Origin: a virus
Taxonomy: Duplodnaviria; Heunggongvirae; Uroviricota; Caudoviricetes
DNA: 32,689 nucleotides
Strand: one strand, 5' to 3'
IMG/VR virus record: IMGVR_UViG_2859783438_000003
Every line of letters starts with the position of its first letter. Position 1 is the first letter of the stretch. Below are positions 24,976 to 32,689 of the stretch, piece by piece. The translations under genes and the position numbers were made by a program. The notes beneath the pieces are model-generated. The model did no database searches, had not been told where the DNA came from, and saw nothing but the letters and a program-made list of their open reading frames with translations.

Positions 24976-27732
24976 ATGACAGTAAAAATTTCTGGCGTGC
25001 TTAAAGATGGCACAGGAAAACCAGTACAGAACTGCACCATTGTGCTGAAGGCCAGACGAACCAGCAGCACGATGGTGGTGAACACGGTGGCCTCTGAAAA
25101 TCCGGATGAAGCCGGACGTTACAGCATGGATGTTGAGCATGGTCAGTACAGCGTCACCCTGCTGGTTGAAGGTTTTCCGCCTTCACATGCCGGGACCATT
25201 ACCGTCTATGAAGGTTCCAGACCAGGTACGCTGAATGATTTTCTCGGTGCCATGACGGAGGATGATGTCCGACCGGAGGCACTGCGCCGCTTTGAGCAGA
25301 TGGTGGAAGAGGTGTCACGTAACGCCTCCGCGGTTGCACAGAATACGGCAGCCGCGAAAAAATCAGCCAGCGAGGCGGCAACTCATGCAACCGATGCTGC
25401 AGCCTCAGCACGTGCCGCCAGCACGTCAGCCGGACAGGCCGCGTCGTCGGCTCAGTCAGCGTCTTCCAGCGCAGGAACGGCATCGACAAAGGCCCGTGAA
25501 GCAGCAAAAAGTGCTGCTGCAGAGTCATCAAAAAGCGCGGCAGCTACCAGCGCCAGTGCCGCGAAAACGTCAGAAACGAATGCCGCAGCATCACAAAAAT
25601 CGGCAGCCACTTCTGCATCCACAGCGACCACGAAGGCGTCAGAAGCTGCCACCTCGGCACGGGGTGCGGCGGCCTCAAAAGAGGCAGCGAAATCTTCAGA
25701 AACGAATGCATCATCAAGTGCCAGTAGTGCAGCTTCCTCGGCAACGGCGGCAGGAAATTCCGCGAAGGCGGCAAAAACGTCCGAGACGAACGCTAAGTCT
25801 TCTGAAACAGCAGCGGGACAGAGCGCCTCAGCTGCGGCAGGTTCAAAAACAGCGGCTGCATTATCTGCCAGTGCCGCGTCAACAAGTGCCGGGCAGGCCT
25901 CAGCCAGTGCCACCGCCGCCGGAAAATCGGCAGAAAGCGCCGCATCATCCGCGTCAACAGCCACAACGAAGGCTGGCAAAGCCACTGAGCAAGCCACTGC
26001 AGCAGCGAGGTCTGCTTCTGCAGCAAAAACCTCTGAAACAAATGCAAAGACTTCAGCAGACAATGCTGCTTCCTCTAAGGCAGCAGCCGCATCGTCAGCC
26101 AGTTCAGCGGCGTCATCGGCATCATCTGCGTCTGCTTCAAAAGATGAGGCGACCAGACAAGCGTCAGCAGCGAAAGGTAGTGCCACGACAGCAACAACGA
26201 AAGCATCAGAGGCGGCAGGCAGTGCGACGGCTGCATCTCAGAGCAAAGTTGCTGCTGAATCCGCGGCAACGCGCGCCGAGACAGCAGCAAAACGGGCAGA
26301 GGATATTGCATCCGCCGTGGCGCTGGAGGATGCGAGCACGACGAAAAAGGGGATAGTACAGCTCAGCAGTGCGACCAACAGCACTTCCGAGTCACTGGCG
26401 GCAACGCCAAAAGCGGTTAAGGCGGTAATGGGTGAAACGAACAAGAAAGCGCCCTTAAATAGTCCTGCACTGACCGGAACGCCAACAACACCAACTGCGC
26501 GACAGGGAACGAATAATACCCAAATCGCAAGCACGGCTTTCGTTATGGCTGCGATTGCCGCCCTTGTAGATTCGTCACCTGATGCACTGAACACGCTGAA
26601 CGAGCTGGCTGCGGCGCTGGGCAACGACCCGAATTTTGCGACCACCATGACTAACGCGCTTGCGGGTAAGCAACCGAAAGATGCCACCCTGACGGCGCTG
26701 GCCGGACTTACTACTGCGGCAGGCAAGTTTCCGTATTTTACGGGGAATGATGTCGCCAGCCTGGCAACCCTGACAAAAGTCGGGCGGGATATTCTTGCGA
26801 AATCGACCGTTGCTGCCGTTATCGAATACCTCGGTTTACAGGAAACGGTAAACAAGGCTGGTAACGCCGTTCAGCGTTCCGGCGATAAAATGACCGGAGA
26901 ACTGAAAATTGGCACGGTGAATGCGCTGCGAATTTTCAATGATACCTTCGGTCTAATTTTCCGTCGTTCAGAAGATTTTCTTCATTTCATTCCGACGGCT
27001 GAAGGACAAGGCGAAAACGGTAATATCGGCCCATTAAGGCCATTCGCTATAAATCTGAGAACAGGTGCTATATCTGTCAGCCACGGGGCCAAAATTAAAG
27101 GAGGTCTAGCTATTGGAGCTACTGATAACGCACTGGGTGAAAACTCCATTGTTCTGGGAGATAACGACACCGGATTTAGGCAAGATGGAGATGGTATTAT
27201 TAGCTTCTATTCAAATGGTTCGCGCATCGGACATATTGATGAGTTAGGATTACATCTTTATAAAGATATTGAATCTAATGGCAGCAATTTTAGATTAAAA
27301 AGTAATTACCGCCACCACATTACATTCGCCAACGAAGACGGAAGAATTCGTATGTTTTTGTGGAAAGATAACGGTGGTGATGGTGTTCATATTAATAACG
27401 GTTCAGATGGTGGTGGTGATTTCATTTTTAAAACAGATGGGGGATTTGCGCTGGGAAGTGGTGCGCAAGTTGCGTCTAGTGGCGATATTTATGGTTCAGT
27501 GTGGGAAAACAACTGGTTAAGCACATGGCTGCATAATCATGTCGTTCGGGATATTCGTCTTGGCAGCATTGAATATAAAAACGTATGGCGCGACTACGGC
27601 TTTGGCGATGCGTCAGGTTATGTTTTAACAGCCGCAATTAACAGCAATGCGGATGATATTGTCGACACTGTTGCCAGAAGGCCAATTCAGAAATTGATTG
27701 GGGGAATATGGTACAACGTGGGGAGTGTTTAA
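24976..27732 (+). CDS. stf: side tail fibre protein Stf with long Ala/Ser/Thr-rich repeat region
   Basis: 918 aa; N-terminus [30 protein letters not shown] resembles lambda Stf; residues about 110-470 are low-complexity repeats (AAKTSETNA...); C-terminal Gly-rich fibre domain. Confidence 0.85.
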   Translation: MTVKISGVLKDGTGKPVQNCTIVLKARRTSSTMVVNTVASENPDEAGRYSMDVEHGQYSVTLLVEGFPPSHAGTITVYEGSRPGTLNDFLGAMTEDDVRPEALRRFEQMVEEVSRNASAVAQNTAAAKKSASEAATHATDAAASARAASTSAGQAASSAQSASSSAGTASTKAREAAKSAAAESSKSAAATSASAAKTSETNAAASQKSAATSASTATTKASEAATSARGAAASKEAAKSSETNASSSASSAASSATAAGNSAKAAKTSETNAKSSETAAGQSASAAAGSKTAAALSASAASTSAGQASASATAAGKSAESAASSASTATTKAGKATEQATAAARSASAAKTSETNAKTSADNAASSKAAAASSASSAASSASSASASKDEATRQASAAKGSATTATTKASEAAGSATAASQSKVAAESAATRAETAAKRAEDIASAVALEDASTTKKGIVQLSSATNSTSESLAATPKAVKAVMGETNKKAPLNSPALTGTPTTPTARQGTNNTQIASTAFVMAAIAALVDSSPDALNTLNELAAALGNDPNFATTMTNALAGKQPKDATLTALAGLTTAAGKFPYFTGNDVASLATLTKVGRDILAKSTVAAVIEYLGLQETVNKAGNAVQRSGDKMTGELKIGTVNALRIFNDTFGLIFRRSEDFLHFIPTAEGQGENGNIGPLRPFAINLRTGAISVSHGAKIKGGLAIGATDNALGENSIVLGDNDTGFRQDGDGIISFYSNGSRIGHIDELGLHLYKDIESNGSNFRLKSNYRHHITFANEDGRIRMFLWKDNGGDGVHINNGSDGGGDFIFKTDGGFALGSGAQVASSGDIYGSVWENNWLSTWLHNHVVRDIRLGSIEYKNVWRDYGFGDASGYVLTAAINSNADDIVDTVARRPIQKLIGGIWYNVGSV
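26819..26844 (+). other. left crossover site for a Gin/Pin/Hin-type DNA invertase, inside stf
   Basis: TTATCGAATACCTCGGTTTACAGGAA; right half matches the gix/pix consensus TTATCCAAAACCTCGGTTTACAGGAA as I recall it; inverted relative to the site at 29735..29760. Confidence 0.6.
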
Positions 27733-27733
27733 G

Positions 27734-28261
27734 ATGATGCACCTGAAAAATATTAAGGCCGGGAATCCGAAAACACCGGAACAATACCAGCTAACTAAAA
27801 AAGCGGGCGTGGTATGGCTCTTTTGCGAAGATGGCAAAAACTGGTATGAGGAACAAAAGAATTTTCAGCCAGACACCATAAAAATTGCTTACGATGAGAA
27901 CAACATCATCGTTGCTGTCAGTAAAGACGTTTCAACTATTAATCCTGAAGGGCTAAGCATAGTTGAAGTTCCTGATATTACGGCAAATCGTCACGCAGAC
28001 AATAACGGAAAATGGATGTTTCTGGATGGTAAAGTAGTAAAGAGGGAATATACAGAACAGGAACTGCAACAACAGGCCGAATCACAAAAGGCCGCATTGC
28101 TTTCCGAAGCTGAATCAGTCATCCAGCCGCTGGAACGCGCTGTCAGGCTGAATATGGCAACAGACGAGGAACGCACACGACTGGAAGCATGGGAACGCTA
28201 CAGTGTTCTGGTCAGCCGTGTGGATACGGCAAATCCTGAATGGCCACAAAAGCCTGAATAA
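27734..28261 (+). CDS. tfa: tail fibre assembly protein Tfa
   Basis: [40 protein letters not shown]... resembles Tfa chaperones; the track ORF starts upstream but ATG 27734 follows the stf stop. Confidence 0.8.
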   Translation: MMHLKNIKAGNPKTPEQYQLTKKAGVVWLFCEDGKNWYEEQKNFQPDTIKIAYDENNIIVAVSKDVSTINPEGLSIVEVPDITANRHADNNGKWMFLDGKVVKREYTEQELQQQAESQKAALLSEAESVIQPLERAVRLNMATDEERTRLEAWERYSVLVSRVDTANPEWPQKPE

Positions 28262-28289
28262 AAATTAAGGCCCGATAGCGGGCCTTCTC
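28262..28289. terminator. bidirectional hairpin between convergent tfa genes
   Basis: ggcccgatagcgggcc palindrome flanked by A/T runs. Confidence 0.5.
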
Positions 28290-28823
28290 TCATTCTGGTT
28301 GTTCGGGAAACGTTACTGGCAGGCTGGAGGTGTCTGTGGATTCAACCTTCTGCGCATAGAGCATCCACTCGGTTAATTTTTGTTTATTCTCATCGGAAAT
28401 GATGCCCAGCTGTAGCTGAGAGTCCCACAGCTGGGTTTTATCCCTGACGAGCTGCAGCAGGCTCTGCTTTTCATTTTCCGCTTGTTGCCTTTGCTCTTCC
28501 TCGGTATAAGTTCGCTTTATCACCGCACCATCTTTGAACATCCAGTTGCCCGAAATATCAGCCCGGCGATTTGCTGTAATATCAGGCAACTCAACGACAC
28601 TTAAACCTTCTGGATTAATTGCTGATACATCCTTGTCTATAGCAATAATTATTCCCTCAACTGTGTAAGCCAGTTTTATTGTATCCTCCTGAAAGTTTTT
28701 TAATTCCTCATGCCAATTTTTTCCATCTTCGGACCATAACCAGATAACATCAAAATTCTTTGTTAGCTGGTATTGTTCAACGGTTTTTGGATTACCTGCG
28801 ACAATGTTTTTTAAATGCTGCAT
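28290..28823 (-). CDS. alternative tail fibre assembly protein Tfa' (inverted orientation)
   Basis: [40 protein letters not shown]... paralogue of the plus-strand Tfa. Confidence 0.75.
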   Translation of the reverse strand: MQHLKNIVAGNPKTVEQYQLTKNFDVIWLWSEDGKNWHEELKNFQEDTIKLAYTVEGIIIAIDKDVSAINPEGLSVVELPDITANRRADISGNWMFKDGAVIKRTYTEEEQRQQAENEKQSLLQLVRDKTQLWDSQLQLGIISDENKQKLTEWMLYAQKVESTDTSSLPVTFPEQPE

Positions 28824-28975
28824 GATTATACCTGCGATACGTTATACCATGTTCCGTTAATTAACTTTTGTATTGGTCTGAATACTGCCGGATCATCACC
28901 ATCGACTTCACCGATAATACCAAGCCCCGTGATTACATGGCCTGATTTTTCATACATCACGCCTTTCTTCATGGT

Positions 28976-29734
28976 CTAAACAACTCGTGTGCCAAGTCTG
29001 ACATCTCTCACATAGCGGGAATCAAAGTTACCGTAATCCGAGGGATTAACACGTCCCGTAATATTTATGGTTTTATTACTTTGAATGCTTCCGGAGACAA
29101 AGCGCATAACATGGACGTTATTAGCATAAACATCCAGATTACCATCGCCTTTTTGTTTAAAGCCCGTGTCATTATCACCCAATACAATCGAATTACCGCC
29201 AAGAGCACTGGATGTTCCGATACCCAGTGCACCATTCAGTTGACCACCAGATAACGGCAGTGCACCAACATCTCCTGCTGAAGGTTTTCTGGTGGTGTAA
29301 AATTCGGACCAGTCGGCTTCAAAACCATAACCATCACGGGCTGAACGATAAAAAATACCGCCATTTTTATAATTAATCCGAAACTGAGCTGCAGGACAAC
29401 TTCCTTCTCCCATATAAAAATGAATAATTAACGTTGATGCACCACTAATAGTTGCGTTATAGGCTCCGCTACTCCAGTTCCATCCAACTGCTTTATCATT
29501 CGCAACGGTGCTTCCTGTTTTCCCTAAGGCAAACGCACCAACATGACTTGCTTTTAATGTGATATCGGAGGAACCATCAAAAGCCACATTGCTTATTTTC
29601 CTGGCAGTTTTTAATTTTGCAGCTGTAGAAGCATTGCCGGATAGTTCACCAGAAAGGCCACCGCTGAATGTTTGTCGATTAGTCCAGGTATTCGCTGTAC
29701 TGAGTAACGGTATTTTCTCCCCGCTTGTGCCGAG
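28976..29734 (-). CDS. alternative tail-fibre C-terminal cassette (promoterless, starts at the crossover site)
   Basis: Minus-strand frame open from the crossover site: LGTSGEKIPLLSTANTWTNRQTFSGGLSGELSGNASTAAKLKTARKISNVAFDGSSD... ...[21 protein letters not shown]; in frame with stf if the segment inverts. Confidence 0.65.
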   Translation of the reverse strand, partial: LGTSGEKIPLLSTANTWTNRQTFSGGLSGELSGNASTAAKLKTARKISNVAFDGSSDITLKASHVGAFALGKTGSTVANDKAVGWNWSSGAYNATISGASTLIIHFYMGEGSCPAAQFRINYKNGGIFYRSARDGYGFEADWSEFYTTRKPSAGDVGALPLSGGQLNGALGIGTSSALGGNSIVLGDNDTGFKQKGDGNLDVYANNVHVMRFVSGSIQSNKTINITGRVNPSDYGNFDSRYVRDVRLGTRVV

Positions 29735-29760
29735 TTCTCGTAAACCGAGGTTTTAGATAA
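29735..29760 (-). other. right crossover site for a Gin/Pin/Hin-type DNA invertase
   Basis: Plus strand TTCTCGTAAACCGAGGTTTTAGATAA, whose complement TTATCTAAAACCTCGGTTTACGAGAA matches the left site and the gix/pix consensus. Confidence 0.65.
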
Positions 29761-29790
29761 TGGCGGTTTCTGGCCTGCATGGCATGATTT

Positions 29791-30045
29791 GTGCTTTTGG
29801 ACGGGAGATTCAGCGTGCTGATTGGCTATGTAAGGGTATCAACAAATGACCAGAATACAGACCTGCAACGAAACGCTCTTGTTTGTGCAGGATATGAACA
29901 AATATTTGAAGATAAATTAAGCGGAACAAGGACAGGCCGACCTGGATTAAAACGTGCTTTAAAGCGCCTTCAAAAAGGTGACGCACTGGTTGTCTGAAAA
30001 CTGGACTGACTGGGTCACTGTATGCGGCATCTTGTCGTGCTGGTG
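29791..30045 (+). pseudogene. pin: serine-recombinase DNA invertase (Pin/Gin family), inactivated
   Basis: GTG start then LIGYVRVSTNDQNTDLQRNALVCAGYEQIFEDKLSGTRTGRPGLKRALKRLQKGDALVV, then TGA where the family has W, a second TGA, degenerate sequence, and fusion to a tfa 3' end around 30039. Confidence 0.75.
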
Positions 30046-30120
30046 GTGGAAGCCTAGAAAAAGTATCGGGTGTTGCTGAACCGTGTTGATACATCAACTG
30101 CACCTGATATTGAGTGGCCT
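30039..30120 (+). pseudogene. tfa 3'-end fragment, duplicate of 31104..31185
   Basis: Encodes ...[21 protein letters not shown], nearly identical in DNA to the end of ORF 30921..31190. Confidence 0.6.
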
Positions 30121-30195
30121 ACGAACCCTGTCAGGGAGTAATCATTGGGATTATGCCGCAGCACGTCTTAAGCAAGAACGTGCTGCGGTTGGATG

Positions 30196-30864
30196 CTATT
30201 TTTTCCCTGAAGCGGAAAACATTACTACAGTACCTTGAACCCTGGTTTTAACATTCTCGAAATGCTCTGAGAGTATATGTGTTAAGCCTTCTTCGGAATC
30301 TTTTGTGTTTGAAAAGATGCCTTTCTGATTGTAAATGCGCATCAGTTTTTGACCGAAGCTATTGTGCACAACTCCATCGCCAAGAATTGTGGCTCCGTAT
30401 AGAGTTCCATCATCAGTTAAGGCCTGCGCCGCATTGCGTATTACACAGCTTTTTGTAGATATATTTCCAGGCAGGCAGTGAAGAAGGTAAAACATGGAAA
30501 TGGAATCAAATTGACCATGTAACGCCGCGGGATAAGGTTCAAAAACATCATGGCTAATTTTATGTTTAATTTTTGATTCCCCAGCCCTTGTAGATGCCGC
30601 GTTCAGGCTAGCTTCGTTCAAATCCATTAAAGATATCAGACTACTCTCAGGTACGTGAGTAAGGTAAAACCCAGTTCCAACACCAATATCCAGATGGTTG
30701 TTACCTAAATGTTCCAGAAAGTGTGGAAGAAGGTGTTCCTTTGTAGGACATCCCCATGCAAGCCGATTTGATACTCCCAAAACCCACCAGTCATAAAGCT
30801 TTAGGGTAAGTGGTGTGTAAATTTTAGCCCCATCATCTGTGTTTTTTTTCATTAATTTCACCAT
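30196..30864 (-). CDS. class I SAM-dependent methyltransferase, substrate unknown (AT-rich cargo gene)
   Basis: 222 aa with glycine-rich motif I LDIGVGTG and downstream acidic and hydrophobic motifs of Rossmann-fold methyltransferases; lower GC than the flanking phage genes. Confidence 0.65.
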   Translation of the reverse strand: MVKLMKKNTDDGAKIYTPLTLKLYDWWVLGVSNRLAWGCPTKEHLLPHFLEHLGNNHLDIGVGTGFYLTHVPESSLISLMDLNEASLNAASTRAGESKIKHKISHDVFEPYPAALHGQFDSISMFYLLHCLPGNISTKSCVIRNAAQALTDDGTLYGATILGDGVVHNSFGQKLMRIYNQKGIFSNTKDSEEGLTHILSEHFENVKTRVQGTVVMFSASGKK

Positions 30865-30920
30865 ATTATAGTTTTATTTGTGAATTAAATCAATTATGGC
30901 GATGAATTACAAGGGGTTAA

Positions 30921-31190
30921 ATGCTGCCGCAGCATAGCGATATTGAAATAGCCTGGTATGCTTCGATACAGCAGGAGCCGAATGGCTGGAAGACCGTCAC
31001 CACACAGTTCTACATCCAGGAATTCAGTGAGCATATTGCGCCACTTCAGGATGCTGTAGATCTGGAGATCGCAACGGAGGAAGAAAACTCGTTGCTGGAA
31101 GCCTGGAAGAAGTATCGGGTGTTGCTGAACCGTGTTGATACATCAACTGCACCTGATATTGAGTGGCCGGAAGAACCAGACACAATGTAA
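30921..31190 (+). pseudogene. tail fibre assembly protein fragment (C-terminal half only)
   Basis: Ends ...[37 protein letters not shown] like Tfa C-termini; lacks the conserved N-terminal ...KNI.AGNP.. region. Confidence 0.55.
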
Positions 31191-31316
31191 GGCAGTATGA
31201 CTTTCCGTGAGACAGATGCTGGCCAACGTGGGATATTTAACGCGGGTTAACATCGTTGTCAGAGCCGCATGGGTGAGCTGTTGCTACACCCCGGTATTTC
31301 CACCACGGAGGCCAGC

Positions 31317-31411
31317 ATGAACAACAATAACACATTGTACGTCGGGTTAGATGTTCACAAAGAATCGATTACTGTCGCTTATGCTATCAATTCAGAACCT
31401 GTTGAACTGAT
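31317..31411 (+). mobile_element. start of an IS110-family-like transposase gene (rest in gap)
   Basis: GGAGG then ATG; MNNNNTLYVGLDVHKESITVAYAINSEPVEL has the VG.DV.K motif typical of IS110-family N-termini; call is tentative. Confidence 0.4.
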
Positions 31412-31511
31412 NNNNNNNNNNNNNNNNNNNNNNNNNNNNNNNNNNNNNNNNNNNNNNNNNNNNNNNNNNNNNNNNNNNNNNNNNNNNNNNNNNNNNNNNN
31501 NNNNNNNNNNN
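31412..31511. other. assembly gap (100 N)
   Basis: Run of N between an IS110-like start and an IS1 3' part. Confidence 0.95.
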
Positions 31512-31730
31512 GATGGCTGGCCGCTGTATGAATCCCGCCTGAAGGGAAAGCTGCACGTAATCAGCAAGCGATATACGCAGCGAATTGAGCGGCATAACCT
31601 GAATCTGAGGCAGCACCTGGCACGGCTGGGACGGAAGTCGCTGTCGTTCTCAAAATCGGTGGAGCTGCATGACAAAGTCATCGGGCATTATCTGAACATA
31701 AAACACTATCAATAAGTTGGAGTCATTACC
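31512..31730 (+). mobile_element. insB: IS1, 3' part of a second copy (InsB C-terminus 31512..31715 plus terminal repeat)
   Basis: Same InsB C-terminal translation as 523..726 and terminal ...caataagttggagtcattacc. Confidence 0.85.
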
Positions 31731-31759
31731 TATGCCGCAGACACGTCGTATGCAGGAAC

Positions 31760-32005
31760 GTGCTGCGGTTAGTTTGTGAGCTTTCGATAGTGGTTGTTAT
31801 TTTTGCCCTTATTTGTTCCGGAGGCCATGGTTCAATGGTCCGTCTGCCCCCTGTGGTGATGTCAGCAAAATCAGCCACTGCGCGAACCACAATAGCCCGG
31901 GAAGATGCTGAAGATCACCAGGTAAAGCTGTCAGCGCAGAAACTGGAAGAACTGCTCGCATCAATGGTTAAGGATGAGGTTGATCGCAATGATGGGATTT
32001 ATTGA
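31760..32005 (+). CDS. hypothetical protein or gene fragment (81 aa, or 48 aa from an internal Met)
   Basis: ORF from track starting right after the IS1 end; no family recognised. Confidence 0.25.
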   Translation: MLRLVCELSIVVVIFALICSGGHGSMVRLPPVVMSAKSATARTTIAREDAEDHQVKLSAQKLEELLASMVKDEVDRNDGIY

Positions 32006-32131
32006 CGTCAGCGAGAGCAGAAGGAAGAACTGAATAACCTGAATGATTTACGCTCAATCAGAGCGATGGCGATTAGCGGCAATCACGCTCGATAAAATTA
32101 ACCTCGGTGATCATCCGGGGTTTTGCATTCA

Positions 32132-32689
32132 TTAAAACCGCATCAACCTTTCCACCAATTGTTCTTTACGGGCAACGATCCACCCATGTTGCTCCAGATA
32201 AAATTTAAACCGTTCCAGAGTGCATACCATCGCATCGGCGGGGACTTTTTCTGTGAACTCGACCTGACCGTGTTTATCGAAGTGGATCAGTAATGCGCAT
32301 CCATTATTTGGGGCGGGGGAGTTTTGTGCTGCAGGAGGACGTTTGTGGAGTTCTTCTTCCATTGCGTTAAATTTTTCAATGTAAGCTTCTTTTAGTCTGG
32401 CTGCTTTTTTGCCAGTAAATCCCATTACGAGGAACATGAAGCCGTCTTTTGTGATCAGGTAGCATCGTGATTCACGTTCTGCGCCGTTGCCAATTTCGAC
32501 AGTCTGAACATCGGCCGAAAAGTTGGCTGATGTAAATTCGGGAGAGCAGTCGAGTGTGTCAATCTTAGCTAAAACGTGTTTATGTTGTTTATCGAAGTAG
32601 TCGGCAACAGCTTGAGAGGTGGTAACCAGGCGACCATCTTTGAAAAAGACTTTTGGTGACTCGTTAGAAAAAGTTATAGCTGTATTCAT
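32132..32689 (-). CDS. Rha-family phage regulatory protein
   Basis: 185 aa; N-terminal VTTSQAVADYFDKQHKHVLAKIDTL... is typical of the Rha N-terminal domain; ATG is at the window edge. Confidence 0.6.
   Translation of the reverse strand: MNTAITFSNESPKVFFKDGRLVTTSQAVADYFDKQHKHVLAKIDTLDCSPEFTSANFSADVQTVEIGNGAERESRCYLITKDGFMFLVMGFTGKKAARLKEAYIEKFNAMEEELHKRPPAAQNSPAPNNGCALLIHFDKHGQVEFTEKVPADAMVCTLERFKFYLEQHGWIVARKEQLVERLMRF

Noticed and set aside
25199-26855. Long ORFs on both strands inside stf (Pro/Arg/Gln-rich 364 aa, 244 aa, 205 aa and others)
   Set aside because: They overlap the Stf repeat tract and are low-complexity shadows of the Ala/Ser codon repeats.
32090-32125. Sequence ataaaattaacctcggtgatcatcc resembling a crossover half-site (AACCTCGGT core)
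   Set aside because: Only the 9-bp core matches and no invertible-segment context surrounds it; probably chance.

Overview
This 32.7-kb window reads as a decayed lambdoid prophage of the enterobacterial Stx-phage architecture, but with no stx genes. All calls come from reading the ORF translations and motifs by eye; no database search was run, and coordinates of non-ORF features may be off by a few bases. Left to right: two small minus-strand ORFs, an IS1 copy with a 9-bp target duplication, a hypothetical minus-strand ORF, and an internally deleted IS3-family (IS600-like) remnant. Then a plus-strand nin-like region: small ORFs, a Hok/Gef-family toxin, a DUF968/YdfU-like protein, RusA, and antiterminator Q with a PR'/tR'-like promoter-terminator pair. 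Then late-operon cargo: a small HTH protein, a DNA methyltransferase, three tRNA genes (anticodons CAU, UCG, UCU), two paralogous structured non-coding modules, and a NanS-p-type sialate O-acetylesterase. The lysis cassette is broken: pinholin-like S and a YdfR-like ORF are intact, but the SAR endolysin is cut after about 18 codons. IS debris sits where terminase and head genes should be. An almost complete lambda-like tail module follows (Z, U, V, G, G-T, H, M, L, K, I, J, lom, stf, tfa) with lesions in H, I and J. Downstream is a Gin/Pin-type invertible tail-fibre segment with both crossover sites but a dead invertase, an AT-rich cargo SAM-methyltransferase bracketed by duplicated tfa 3' ends, IS110-like and IS1 fragments, and a Rha-family gene at the right edge. 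Four 100-nt N runs (727-826, 11874-11973, 16749-16848, 31412-31511) are assembly gaps sitting in repeats. I did not find one clear-cut novel system; the best candidates are the paired non-coding modules in the stx slot, the cargo methyltransferase, and the small-ORF operon next to hok.
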